IMG/VR virus record: IMGVR_UViG_3300038760_000071
Location: 1-64,000 of that record
Length of the DNA: 64,000 nt
Strand: one strand, 5' to 3'
Source: a virus
Made by a program: the position numbers and the translations under genes. The notes below the pieces were generated by a model. That model worked only from the letters and a program-made list of their open reading frames with translations, was not told the DNA's origin and made no database searches. Below are positions 22,395-32,787 of this stretch, in pieces. Positions within the stretch are counted from its first letter, which is position 1; every line of letters starts with the position of its first letter.

Positions 22395-22658
22395 ATGGAA
22401 ATAAAAGCGCATAGAACGGAAGAGGTGATGGTCACAGTTAAGCCGACAAATGTAATTAAATCCCTACAAATAGAATTCTTTAAAGCGATCAATATCTCAT
22501 CAGATTCTACTATTGTGGATGGTAGTTGGGTTGTAGAAGAGAGTATCCACCCATCTGGAAATTGGACACGTGATGTTACAAGTCGTGATGCTACTTCAAA
22601 TGAGCAGAATATATACAAAAGTTTAAAACAGTTAGAACAAAATTGGTTGAAGCTGTAA
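22395..22658 (+). CDS. Hypothetical protein
   Basis: 87-aa ORF; TATACT 6 nt upstream of ATG. Confidence 0.65.
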   Translation: MEIKAHRTEEVMVTVKPTNVIKSLQIEFFKAINISSDSTIVDGSWVVEESIHPSGNWTRDVTSRDATSNEQNIYKSLKQLEQNWLKL

Positions 22659-22707
22659 AATATGTAATAAATGCTATATAATTTTTTATTATTGTATAAA
22701 TAATTGT

Positions 22708-23286
22708 ATGGCTAAAAAGAAAAGATTTTTACCTCTACTCGAATCCTACATGCGTAGATACGAACGTGGAGGTTTTTTAGTAGGTGATATTTTTAAATTT
22801 AATGGAAACTTTAAATCGAGTGATGATTATAAGCAGTTAGGTCAAAATGTTAAGGATCTAATTGATCAAATAAATGACTCAGGATTACATATACATGTAG
22901 TTAATATTAGGGATGAGAATCCACAACGCTACCCAGCTGGTGATGACGGTGCGTTACTACCGATATTAGATATTGCGTTAAGCACTAGTGGTGGGCGTAC
23001 ATCTCACCATGTATCAATCCCCTGTAGCTTAGGTACACCTATTAGCTATGCTCCTAACCTACCCCCTATCCCCGACTCTCTAAGACGTAAAGATAAAGTT
23101 AATATCAAGCCTGAGGAGTTAGAGCAGGATGAAGAGAATTTAGCAAATAAGACAGATAAGGGTGATGGTGTATTGTCTCAGTCGAGAATATCTTTACCTA
23201 CTACAAACAGTAGTATACCGTCTGATCCAGCTACACCATCAGCTGATGTACATTCGTACACTAAGGACTATTTGACTGGTCTATAG
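22708..23286 (+). CDS. Hypothetical late protein
   Basis: 192-aa ORF; TATAAATA 5 nt upstream of ATG. Confidence 0.75.
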   Translation: MAKKKRFLPLLESYMRRYERGGFLVGDIFKFNGNFKSSDDYKQLGQNVKDLIDQINDSGLHIHVVNIRDENPQRYPAGDDGALLPILDIALSTSGGRTSHHVSIPCSLGTPISYAPNLPPIPDSLRRKDKVNIKPEELEQDEENLANKTDKGDGVLSQSRISLPTTNSSIPSDPATPSADVHSYTKDYLTGL

Positions 23287-24216
23287 AGCTTTCTCTAGAT
23301 TAATCCAACAGGCAAAGGCGTTAATTTCTTTGTCTAAGACATGCGCAGACTTATATAAATGGTCCGCGATGATCGCGATCATCTCCTTCTTCTTAAGATC
23401 AGCTATATCTTGTATATAAATGTGATTTAGGAAGTGAGTTAACAGCGTGTCGTAATCACCTTGAAACCTACCTTCATTTTCAATTAAGTGTTTTCTAAGA
23501 CTAAGTGTATCGGTTAACTTAGATAGAATTGTGTCAAGTAGTTCAGTATCTGCTGAACAGGTATCGATACATAACTCACCATCAATTACACTTTTCTGTA
23601 ATTCGTTTATAGTTTTTCTAAGATCGGGGAAATATACCTTAACTAACTGAACAAATTTCTTCTTCTGCTCATCACTAATAATGACATTCTCTTGCTGAAG
23701 TATGTTATAGCATCGCTTAACAGCGTTTTCAATAGCCGGTTTAAGTTCTAGAGATTGACATCTAGATTGAAGAGCTGGAATTATTTTATGCTTGTAATTT
23801 GCGGTTAATATAAACCTACAATACTTAGCAAATGATTCCATAGTGTTCCGTAGCGCTTGCTGGGCTTGTGAGGTTAGACCATCTGCTTCATCTAAAATAA
23901 TTACTTTAACCTTACCATCAAATGATTTGGTCTGCGCAAAATTTGTTATTTTATAACGAATAGTATCGATACCAGATTCATCAGATGCATTAAGATACAT
24001 GTAATTGCATTTGAGAATATCATTTACGATAACTCGAGCAGTAGTTGTCTTACCTGTACCGGGCGCCCCGGTAAACAATAAGTTAGGAATCTCGCCTTTT
24101 ATATTACGCAATACCCTAGACGACTGATCATCTAAAACTAATTCATCTAGATTTGTCGGGCGGTAAGCTTCACACCAAATCCCCTTAAAGTCTAATTTAT
24201 TAATTTTATTATCCAT
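23281..24216 (-). CDS. gp44: Clamp loader ATPase subunit (T4 gp44 / RFC small subunit family)
   Basis: W.EAYRP, GAPGTGKTT, NASDE, DEADGL, AQQALR, SRC motifs. Confidence 0.95.
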   Translation of the reverse strand: MDNKINKLDFKGIWCEAYRPTNLDELVLDDQSSRVLRNIKGEIPNLLFTGAPGTGKTTTARVIVNDILKCNYMYLNASDESGIDTIRYKITNFAQTKSFDGKVKVIILDEADGLTSQAQQALRNTMESFAKYCRFILTANYKHKIIPALQSRCQSLELKPAIENAVKRCYNILQQENVIISDEQKKKFVQLVKVYFPDLRKTINELQKSVIDGELCIDTCSADTELLDTILSKLTDTLSLRKHLIENEGRFQGDYDTLLTHFLNHIYIQDIADLKKKEMIAIIADHLYKSAHVLDKEINAFACWINLEKAL

Positions 24217-24260
24217 TGTATATTATATCGAAATTATCGTTTATGTTCCTTTAAATTTAA

Positions 24261-24683
24261 TTAGTTACCTGAAGAACCAAACCCCTTATCGCCCCTCTCA
24301 CTATCGCTGATATCACCCTCAATGCAGATCACCGGGTGATTCTGATAAACCACGAACTGCGCAATTCGATCTCCAGCTGTTATTTGATAATCCGTGTCTG
24401 TTAAATTGTATAACTTTACACCTGCATCAGAACGATAACCTTCATCGATAATACCTGGGTGTGGTAAAATACCATGTTTAAAGCCAAGCCCCGAACGGCC
24501 TTCAATCTTAACCCAAAAGCCGGGTTCGATATATGCAAATTTTAGCCCAACATCAACTACAGCTGATCCTCGAGCAGGAATTGTAATATCAACGACTGAT
24601 GTTACATCCAACCCTGTATCATTACTATGGTTTTTTGTTGGAATTACAGCTTTATCGGTTGTCTTTTTAAATTTAATTACCAT
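24261..24683 (-). CDS. dut: Trimeric dUTPase
   Basis: TGLD, GRSGLG, GIIDEGYR, GDRIAQ, RGDKGFGSSG motifs. Confidence 0.96.
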   Translation of the reverse strand: MVIKFKKTTDKAVIPTKNHSNDTGLDVTSVVDITIPARGSAVVDVGLKFAYIEPGFWVKIEGRSGLGFKHGILPHPGIIDEGYRSDAGVKLYNLTDTDYQITAGDRIAQFVVYQNHPVICIEGDISDSERGDKGFGSSGN

Positions 24684-24738
24684 ATGCTATATTATATGAT
24701 ATATTGCCAAAAAATCAATAATAAGATTAAATATATGT

Positions 24739-25185
24739 ATGGCTAGTGAAATTGATACTGCGGTAAATGATATTATCACACAAATCAAGGATCATAAGAA
24801 CGCTGCGAATACATCAACAACAGTAGATTCTATACCAGATATTAATAACTTGGAAGAATTTATTATACAAAAGACTAGCACGCTTATTAATAGATCAGTT
24901 GATATGGTAGAAGATGTTAAAGATTATATATCCTCAGCGCCAGAAAATAGGGATGTTGCATCGTTGGCCGAGCTTATAAGAGCTTCATCATCAGCTATTG
25001 ACACACTATCAAAAATTCATACTTCAAGAGAACAAAATAAAAATAGAATAGAGGTTAAGGAAATTGATATTAAATCAAAAGAAAGGCTTAATGTTATTGA
25101 TAATCAAACTAAGGTTCTTTTATCTAGGGATGATGTGTTGCAGGTACTTATGGGTAATGATGGTAATATAATTGATATTGATTAA
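24739..25185 (+). CDS. Probable terminase small subunit (T4 gp16-like)
   Basis: Helical 148-aa protein with AP..RDVASLAELI..AIDTLSKIH pattern resembling gp16; late-type promoter. Confidence 0.5.
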   Translation: MASEIDTAVNDIITQIKDHKNAANTSTTVDSIPDINNLEEFIIQKTSTLINRSVDMVEDVKDYISSAPENRDVASLAELIRASSSAIDTLSKIHTSREQNKNRIEVKEIDIKSKERLNVIDNQTKVLLSRDDVLQVLMGNDGNIIDID

Positions 25186-27089
25186 TCACTTACACCTACC
25201 GGAGTCCGCGGATCCGCCGTCCCTACCGTCCCCGACTCGGCAGTTACACTGTTTAACTGATTCTTTATCTGGTTTATATCACCAATACATATTTTAATCT
25301 CAATATTACGCTTATCATGAATGGGTACAAGCGCTTCCCACCCAGCGTCCGCAAATATTTTATCTTGAGCTTTTATTAGTTCAGTCTCCTTGATTTCCGT
25401 TTCTCTATCTCTTGCGAAACTTGTCCTTTGTTTCCCACTTATACTACCAAATAAATGTTTGTGTGCCGCAGGTGTGAAATCAACATTATTTTTTCTTTGT
25501 TCGTTGCGATCAACCATTTTAAATAATTTCCAGGCTGCATTATTGTTACCCACTATTCGTGCCGCTACAAAACTTTTATTTTTTTTACCTAACTCTTTAA
25601 AACTACCTCCTATAAATCCAGGGCCTGTTAAACTATCCCACAACCTTCTACTGACCGCTACCCCGTCATTAAAGATTTTATCTTGTTGTATTTGCTCAAA
25701 CGCCTCAGAGCTTAGCTCATGATGATAACCATTTTTAAATTTATTTACAATATATTGAACATCTGGAAGCGGTGCACCAGTGTTGTCTAGCGCAGCCGCT
25801 AGTCCATTTAACTGATCAGCACTGCTAATAATATCTGATGGACACATTTTAATACTATCACCAAAACAACCGGTGCCAGACATTGTTAAATCATCCCCCT
25901 CCTTCCCGGTTCTGTCTGTAGTAAGGTTATCAACATAAAATGTCTTTGCTTCTGTATCAATGAACCCTGCAAATACTGAATAATTGCCGGCTCCCGTGTT
26001 AGATGTAGGTAGAGATAAGGATTCAGATATGAATGTATCGCCTTCTGCTATAATTTTAGGGTTACTAGGCCTCTGAGAAATGGCATCTTTAAGCCTCTCT
26101 TCCCCAGTGGTTGTATTCTCAAATACACCAACAGGATCAGTTTCATACTGTATACCATTATACTGGTGGGTTTGAACAGTCATTGGAGAACTCAAATTAT
26201 CCTCATATGGATTATATCTATAAGAGTGTTGAAACTTATCAAAGCATCCACCCATCTTACCCTTAATTTGTGTTAATATAGCGCTACCAGCTGCTGAATA
26301 ATCATAATAGGATTTTATATCTGGAGTATACCTATACATCTTGCTAGTATCTCTCATTGAACTACCATTTTGAGCGAGTTTAATAAGTTCTTTAATATCC
26401 TTTTTACCTGCTAGTATAGCTTGTGTATTGCCTATTGCTTTTTGAGTTACCTGTGTAATATCTGTTAATGCGTTTTGAAATACTGCTGGTATCTTATTGT
26501 AAACAGCTTGATCTAACCCATTAATAATATTTGTAAATGTTCCAGATAGTGTACCAACGCCGAAGGTGTTTCTATCTGTTTTAGTTGACGCCGGTTGTGA
26601 TAATCTACCTATACTATCAGAGGTTGCTGAGAAAATATTACAAGGAGAGTTTAAACAATCTGCTAACGCGGTATTTAGCTTATTTTGGAACGAATCTCTA
26701 AACCCCGATCTACCTGCCACACCAACTGCAATACCCCCTACCGTGTCATCTGCATTACTTGAAGCATAGTTAGCGGGATTTGCAAACCTATCATGTAATT
26801 CCCCTATTACACTACTAAATATAACAGGGATGTTTACCATTTTGTCCACATAAAAATTAGTAGTGCTCCAATCTATAAACCCACTACTCAGTGTTAATAA
26901 TTCAGTTACATCATACGCAGCTTGGAGATTACCATTAATTGCTTTATTAAAATTGATAGCTATATCTAAATCTACCTGTAGGTCCGGATCCTCCACAAAT
27001 TCACAGAATGGTGTGTTATGCTTTAGATAGTCTTTGCTAATAGCAATACCAAAAAGCTTTTCATGTAAATTGTTGCCATATATGACCAT
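25182..27089 (-). CDS. Baseplate hub-region protein, possible C-terminal double-psi beta-barrel (RlpA-like) domain
   Basis: GVAVS...KMVDR...VDFTPAAHKHL pattern; follows the hub gene. Confidence 0.45.
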   Translation of the reverse strand: MVIYGNNLHEKLFGIAISKDYLKHNTPFCEFVEDPDLQVDLDIAINFNKAINGNLQAAYDVTELLTLSSGFIDWSTTNFYVDKMVNIPVIFSSVIGELHDRFANPANYASSNADDTVGGIAVGVAGRSGFRDSFQNKLNTALADCLNSPCNIFSATSDSIGRLSQPASTKTDRNTFGVGTLSGTFTNIINGLDQAVYNKIPAVFQNALTDITQVTQKAIGNTQAILAGKKDIKELIKLAQNGSSMRDTSKMYRYTPDIKSYYDYSAAGSAILTQIKGKMGGCFDKFQHSYRYNPYEDNLSSPMTVQTHQYNGIQYETDPVGVFENTTTGEERLKDAISQRPSNPKIIAEGDTFISESLSLPTSNTGAGNYSVFAGFIDTEAKTFYVDNLTTDRTGKEGDDLTMSGTGCFGDSIKMCPSDIISSADQLNGLAAALDNTGAPLPDVQYIVNKFKNGYHHELSSEAFEQIQQDKIFNDGVAVSRRLWDSLTGPGFIGGSFKELGKKNKSFVAARIVGNNNAAWKLFKMVDRNEQRKNNVDFTPAAHKHLFGSISGKQRTSFARDRETEIKETELIKAQDKIFADAGWEALVPIHDKRNIEIKICIGDINQIKNQLNSVTAESGTVGTADPRTPVGVSD

Positions 27090-27097
27090 ATTATTAT

Positions 27098-28723
27098 TTA
27101 TGGGTTATTATTACCGCCTAGTAAAATTGATGATGGTCCACCATCATCAGATGCATCTTGTACCGGCAAGCCGGCATCATTAGTAGAGGGGGGTAGGGGG
27201 GGTAGATCCATTTTAGTCTGGGTTTCCGATTGCTGGGGACCTCGTGTGGCTCCATTACTAGGCGTAGTGGCTGGAGCTACGTCGTTCCTAGAAGCTGCCA
27301 CCGGCAAAGCCGGGACAGTGCTTACACTACTTGGCTGTACCTCTCCGCGACCAATTAAGCGGACAGCTGTTATTTCATTTGTATAATTCCCCCCGGTAAA
27401 TATATGTTTAACCTCTATTATATACCATATATCACTCAATCGATCTTTTGAACTACCAAAAGCCTCTCCACCTTTAATTGTTATAAACTTACCAGCTTTT
27501 CTATAAATTTTACCTTCCACATTTAATACTATTGTTTCATTTAAGAGGATAAAGCTTTTGAGCACTTTATTTAGCGCTCGACACTCCATAGTTTTTCGAT
27601 TACCTGGTTCTGACCCCTCAAATAATTGAACAAACGCTTTTTGCTCTGCTTTAGGTATTTGAGGTATATTACTAGCAAATCCACCTAGCACGTGCTTACT
27701 AAAGTTATCTACATAATATGAATGATATGTAAAATTATGTAGATAACTCGTTAAGTCAGCTGCCTCATCTCCCACTGTTTTACCGGTAAAGCTATACTTA
27801 CCCCAAATATTTTGGCGAATTGTTTTATAATCTGGTTTAATTAAATTATACTGCTCTACCTTATTATACAAACTACTATTACCACCAGAGTCATCAGCAT
27901 CAGTAATTATAAATTCTTCTTGATATATGTCTGCATGGTCTTTATCAACATTATTATTATAATCCTCAATAAACTCTCGAGCAGCATCATCAATAATAGG
28001 TGTTAATGTGAGACGTCTCTCATTGTCTTCATTATTATGGAATTTTAATAGCGGGGGGATCGGCGCGTTTACACCACCAAATACGAAACTATTATACAAT
28101 TTATAAATAACATCGTATATACTATCCTCTATCTGCCATATGTTCGATATTTCTAGTGTATTCGAATTGGACAAAATAAATTTATCAGGGTCGTTATTAA
28201 TAAAATATGCAATGTTCTTCTTCCTAGCCCAAACATTTACAAGAGTTGCTATTAAGAGTGGAGCTTGTTCTATCTTGTTAATACCTTCTAGTATATCTAC
28301 AGCGGATGACTTCTTAAGTAGAGCAGGTATAGCCTCTTCAAATTTATAAATACTGCTTTTATTTGCAACATTTGTTGACATGTCCGCATTTGTCTCGAGC
28401 AGGCTTAAAAAACTAATATTACTAACTACCTTGTCATTAACAATATCTTCTAACTGTGAATCAGTAATATCAATTGATAGGTACATCGTTTTATCTGCAT
28501 ACTTAGTAATGCCAATTTTATCGAGTATCTGATGATAGTTGTTATATGTCACAACACCTACTAGCCCCATATTGATTAACGAATCGGTAATTTCTAGATA
28601 TCTAATACTATTAAGTTCTAGAGGGAATGGATCACCAACTTCATTACCGCCCTCGTCAGTAGATACAGCTATAAGATTAATGTCAAAATCTAAAGTTGTA
28701 CCTTGATTATCAGTCCTGTTCAT
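27098..28723 (-). CDS. Baseplate hub protein (gp27-like)
   Basis: LEITDSL..G.V at the N-terminus; VEG...RKAGKFI..WYIIEVKHIF..YTNEI at the C-terminus. Confidence 0.65.
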   Translation of the reverse strand: MNRTDNQGTTLDFDINLIAVSTDEGGNEVGDPFPLELNSIRYLEITDSLINMGLVGVVTYNNYHQILDKIGITKYADKTMYLSIDITDSQLEDIVNDKVVSNISFLSLLETNADMSTNVANKSSIYKFEEAIPALLKKSSAVDILEGINKIEQAPLLIATLVNVWARKKNIAYFINNDPDKFILSNSNTLEISNIWQIEDSIYDVIYKLYNSFVFGGVNAPIPPLLKFHNNEDNERRLTLTPIIDDAAREFIEDYNNNVDKDHADIYQEEFIITDADDSGGNSSLYNKVEQYNLIKPDYKTIRQNIWGKYSFTGKTVGDEAADLTSYLHNFTYHSYYVDNFSKHVLGGFASNIPQIPKAEQKAFVQLFEGSEPGNRKTMECRALNKVLKSFILLNETIVLNVEGKIYRKAGKFITIKGGEAFGSSKDRLSDIWYIIEVKHIFTGGNYTNEITAVRLIGRGEVQPSSVSTVPALPVAASRNDVAPATTPSNGATRGPQQSETQTKMDLPPLPPSTNDAGLPVQDASDDGGPSSILLGGNNNP

Positions 28724-29093
28724 TATTATTTAACTTTGATAAAATATTTGATATATACTCAGGTTTAATAAATTTGTATGATTTACCAGCTTTAGCTTTA
28801 AAGATATATTCTGGGTCATTTAATAAAAATATAATCCACCAAAGACTTATAGTTTTATAAAATCTGTGAGAGAGAGTAGTCCATGGTATATCCACTGCTA
28901 ATGTCTGTACATCAAATACCTCCTTATTAATATACTCCGGAAAGATAATTTTGTCTAGAGTGTTATAAAAATAAAAGGATTTATCTTTATTTTCAATTAA
29001 ATTGACATTAAAAATACTTTCATACAGCTCAGCGCTAAGTTTATTTAACTGCTCTATGTTATTCTGCTTTTTACCTGTAATTATTGTACTCAT
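28710..29093 (-). CDS. Baseplate wedge protein (gp53-like, LysM-like)
   Basis: WTTLSHRFYKTISLWWIIFLLN motif. Confidence 0.75.
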   Translation of the reverse strand: MSTIITGKKQNNIEQLNKLSAELYESIFNVNLIENKDKSFYFYNTLDKIIFPEYINKEVFDVQTLAVDIPWTTLSHRFYKTISLWWIIFLLNDPEYIFKAKAGKSYKFIKPEYISNILSKLNNNEQD

Positions 29094-29094
29094 A

Positions 29095-30192
29095 TTACGA
29101 CCCTAATCTTACACCATTGTTTATCCATTCTGCTGTAAAGTAGTCACTTACCATTAGGTTAGCATAGTCAGCAAGTAGTGAATTAAATGTTAACGAAACT
29201 GTATAAGCATCCGGTATGGGCACTCTAACAGACTTAGCACTAACATCCTCCCCTTTCAAATGTGGGAGAAAAACATTTTTGTATCGAACAGTGCCTTTAA
29301 AATCTACAGTCATATTACTTATATAAGAATAGGGGAAGGCGCAAATACCAGGTAAATTTATTGAATATATTTTAGGTGGAGCAGTTCTAGCGAAACTAGT
29401 TTTATATGGCTTGTTTTGAAACGCTAATAACCATAACAGCTCATAGTTAAGTTGATATGATTTTAGTGTGCCCCTATCAACAGTATTAAAGAGTGGGAAG
29501 TTAATAGTAATGCTTTTACCGGAATCCTCAAATTCATAATACTGTGGCTTCTGTATATATACACCTGGCTGAGCTATAAATGCAACATTTGCAATGTCTT
29601 CTACCACCTCCATACCTTTACTAATAACACTCTGTAGTCCTGAGTTACTACCTCCTGTACTCCAAGTATTTGTAAGACTCGGCATATTATCAAAATGAGG
29701 GAAGGCGTATTGAAACCCTGTTTTTTCGGTAAGATATATACCAATTAATGATTTAAGATTTGAGTTTGATAAAATACTACCATCTGAACTAGCTTTTATA
29801 TCCTTAAGAAGACTCTTAACCTTGCTTACCGAATTTTCTATAACATCCAAATTAATACTTTTCAACAGACTTGTTACGGTTGGTGATACGGTATCAACAG
29901 TCCTACTAATAGTAGATATATAGTATATAGCTCCAGATATAATTGAACTGTATTGCTGCTCTCGCTCAATTATACAGGCTTTAGGAACCCGTTGAAGCGC
30001 GCCTGATGTAGCTTTAGCACCAGAATACCAAGCAAAATTATCCACGACATTTATAATCTTTTTAGGCTTCAAGCGAAGCTGTGGATCTGTATTATGTGTT
30101 GTACTGGCTAAGGTTTCATCTCCACCAAAAGAGGCTAAAGCATCATTTGTCTTAACGTTTGATTTGGTAATATCTATTAACAAGGTACTCAT
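29095..30192 (-). CDS. Baseplate-tail tube initiator (gp48/gp54-like)
   Basis: SITINFPLFNT..PPKIY..YISNMTVDF..P..VSLTF tube-fold pattern; gene position. Confidence 0.55.
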   Translation of the reverse strand: MSTLLIDITKSNVKTNDALASFGGDETLASTTHNTDPQLRLKPKKIINVVDNFAWYSGAKATSGALQRVPKACIIEREQQYSSIISGAIYYISTISRTVDTVSPTVTSLLKSINLDVIENSVSKVKSLLKDIKASSDGSILSNSNLKSLIGIYLTEKTGFQYAFPHFDNMPSLTNTWSTGGSNSGLQSVISKGMEVVEDIANVAFIAQPGVYIQKPQYYEFEDSGKSITINFPLFNTVDRGTLKSYQLNYELLWLLAFQNKPYKTSFARTAPPKIYSINLPGICAFPYSYISNMTVDFKGTVRYKNVFLPHLKGEDVSAKSVRVPIPDAYTVSLTFNSLLADYANLMVSDYFTAEWINNGVRLGS

Positions 30193-30193
30193 A

Positions 30194-32026
30194 TTATGAT
30201 GATGGGGCTAGACTATATGCATTAGTAAAATCGTCTCTAATATCCAAATTACGTACTATCGGTGCTGTATTATCCTTAATTTTTGTAGGGCTATTTGAAC
30301 TATTCTTTAATTCACGTGATGGTTTATTATTAAGATTTGCCTTCCCTATCTCAACCAGTCTAATTATGTTAGTTGATATAATATTAAGTGTATTAAGCTG
30401 TTGTTGATTAATTTCCTTTACTAAATTATTTACCTGCAAATTATCTGTTACTACCGGCTGTTTCGTGTTCGCAGACGCCTGGTCTTGACGTATTTTGGCT
30501 TGCTTCTGCCTCTCTGATGCATCTTTCTTCCGGAGGAACTCATTCCGCTGAGTCAGACCGTCAGGTGAGAGAATATCATCAGCACCACCATCTAAAAATG
30601 GAATAAACTTAGTAACACTATTAATCGCCCAATCTCGTATTTCTTTGATCTTCTTAGGTACAATTTCTCTAACTCGTTTCCATACTTTATTAAGAATGTC
30701 GCTCCAGCTATCACCAGACCCACCGGTGATGTAATCGCGAACTTTTTCCGCTTTATTACTTAACAAGCTTGTTAGTAAGTTAATGCCACCTCCTACAAGG
30801 TCACTTAACCCCTTACCACCCACAAATGCCAAAATTGAAGAGCCAAACATCTTCAACCCACCAGACAGGTCGCCATTATAAAATAATTTTAATGCCTTGC
30901 CCACCTGTATAAGACCCCCAATCACAGGGATATATTCTAATTTTGGGCCCAACGTTGTACTAATAGCAGATGCTATATAACTAAGAAAGCCTTGTTTCGG
31001 CTGCCCAGTGCCAGCCTTCTTTTCCTCCTTTGCTTTATACATATCATACAACAGTAATCCACCATCTATAAGGGATGATGCAACCCACCCGGCAGCTGGT
31101 ATAAAATCTAGTATTGCAGATATTAGCTCAAAAGTTGCAGGTATATAATCTTTATCCTTAAACCTTTTATAAGCAAATCCTAAACCTATCAACCCACCTA
31201 TATACGGTACAAATTTTAATTTCTTGAGTAGTGGTCCACCTATACCCCTTAAAGCGCCTTTCAATACATCGAACAGCCCCGAACCTGCTGCCTTCGCTCC
31301 CGTTAATAAACTACCCCCCTTCTTTGCAACCCCTTCCAGTCCCTCTACAAAAGATTTTACCAATTTATTTCCGTTTAAAAAGGTACGTATGCCGGCAAAC
31401 GCGTCTGCAATTGCAGACGTTATCGAGGGTATTATTTTACCTATAGTACGTAACATTACATCTATAGCGGTAAATGCGTTTGTGAACAGGGTTTTAACTG
31501 TTTTTAACATGTCACCTAATTTAGGCACCATCTTAGCTATAAACCTACCGACAGGGCCTAGAGCCTCAAACATTGCCCCAGCAACGGCAACGATGCCGAG
31601 TGCACCTAGTGCTAGTGCTAATAGCTTTGGACAAGATGAATTATCAGCTTCCTTAGACTGAACTTGATTTAATTTACCTACCTCTGCAACTTTACCTACG
31701 TTAGATGCTTTGAGGCTATCAGCCTCCGGTCCTTTAGGCATTATAACATCTTTTAAAATAGTAAATATTGATCTATACCTCTTCCTATCACTATCTGATA
31801 ACACTGAGTTGGTATCACCCATAGTTTGTAGCTTATCAGATATCTTATCAAGGGTCACCTGTTGCCCGGTTAGTAGCGCTATTAGTTGTGTCTCATCACT
31901 CCTACCACCATCCGGAATTACACCTTTTGCGGAGTCGTTTACATTGCCACGCTTTTCACCCAGACACTCTAGAAAGTTACCTACATATGATTTCTTTGGT
32001 GATTTTGATGTACTATCTACGGCCAC
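30194..32026 (-). CDS. Tape-measure-like / hub protein (gp29-like)
   Basis: Gly/Ala/Leu-rich helical protein with repeated KFVPYIGGLI / EYIPVIGGLI segments; position after gp26-like genes. Confidence 0.6.
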   Translation of the reverse strand: MAVDSTSKSPKKSYVGNFLECLGEKRGNVNDSAKGVIPDGGRSDETQLIALLTGQQVTLDKISDKLQTMGDTNSVLSDSDRKRYRSIFTILKDVIMPKGPEADSLKASNVGKVAEVGKLNQVQSKEADNSSCPKLLALALGALGIVAVAGAMFEALGPVGRFIAKMVPKLGDMLKTVKTLFTNAFTAIDVMLRTIGKIIPSITSAIADAFAGIRTFLNGNKLVKSFVEGLEGVAKKGGSLLTGAKAAGSGLFDVLKGALRGIGGPLLKKLKFVPYIGGLIGLGFAYKRFKDKDYIPATFELISAILDFIPAAGWVASSLIDGGLLLYDMYKAKEEKKAGTGQPKQGFLSYIASAISTTLGPKLEYIPVIGGLIQVGKALKLFYNGDLSGGLKMFGSSILAFVGGKGLSDLVGGGINLLTSLLSNKAEKVRDYITGGSGDSWSDILNKVWKRVREIVPKKIKEIRDWAINSVTKFIPFLDGGADDILSPDGLTQRNEFLRKKDASERQKQAKIRQDQASANTKQPVVTDNLQVNNLVKEINQQQLNTLNIISTNIIRLVEIGKANLNNKPSRELKNSSNSPTKIKDNTAPIVRNLDIRDDFTNAYSLAPSS

Positions 32027-32034
32027 ATAAATAT

Positions 32035-32766
32035 TTAGTCACTAGATAAGAGACTAACATCTATTTCTACTAGAGCACCATCTTCAAATGTTAGATAATC
32101 ATTACATTTTGTCTTAACATCAACAATAAAATCAAGTATAATATTATTAAGCTTTAATGGTAACCTCTCTATAACTGATTTTTTTTCATAAACACTGATA
32201 TCATTAAAATCTAGCGTTATTTCTCCTATTTCGACAGATTGAACATATTTCATAATCTCATATGTTAGCAATAGACTTACCGTATCTGTCTTTTTTTGAT
32301 CATCAGACAACTTATTTAATTCCGCCACCAATCTTTTGCATATAGAAGTATCTGTTGTGAGGGTAGGTATTCGTAAATTGCATGTAATATTATCGCTTGT
32401 TACAGATTGAGTTTCAGTAAATGAATTGTAATCGATATCTTTCAATTCATTTAAATCATACTGTTTGTCTTTAATTGTAATGTGATCTTTAAGAGATAAC
32501 TTTCTCAAATTAATAATAATAACCGGCTTATCAACGATATTAAATTCAATAGATTCCTTACAATTATTAACTATAAATTCATTATAAAGAATATTACTAT
32601 TAATAATACCAGTAACACCTTCAAACGCTGTTCTAAGTAATTGCTTTTGCTGATTAACGTTAAACAGATCAAATTCTATACTCTTATTAATAGATGGTAC
32701 ATGTACTACCGCAACTGTGTTATCACCAGTCTTTTCGAGCTCAGTTAGAAATTCTTTAATATCCAC
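32035..32766 (-). CDS. Baseplate hub assembly protein (gp26-like)
   Basis: VPS..K..F..FNV.QQK.LL, D...I.INLRK.S pattern. Confidence 0.65.
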   Translation of the reverse strand: MDIKEFLTELEKTGDNTVAVVHVPSINKSIEFDLFNVNQQKQLLRTAFEGVTGIINSNILYNEFIVNNCKESIEFNIVDKPVIIINLRKLSLKDHITIKDKQYDLNELKDIDYNSFTETQSVTSDNITCNLRIPTLTTDTSICKRLVAELNKLSDDQKKTDTVSLLLTYEIMKYVQSVEIGEITLDFNDISVYEKKSVIERLPLKLNNIILDFIVDVKTKCNDYLTFEDGALVEIDVSLLSSD

Positions 32767-32787
32767 ATTATGTATTTATTAATACAT

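Noticed and set aside
22367-22618. 99-aa minus-strand ORF upstream of gp25
   Set aside because: Overlaps a better plus-strand gene; only its last 15 codons have a credible start.
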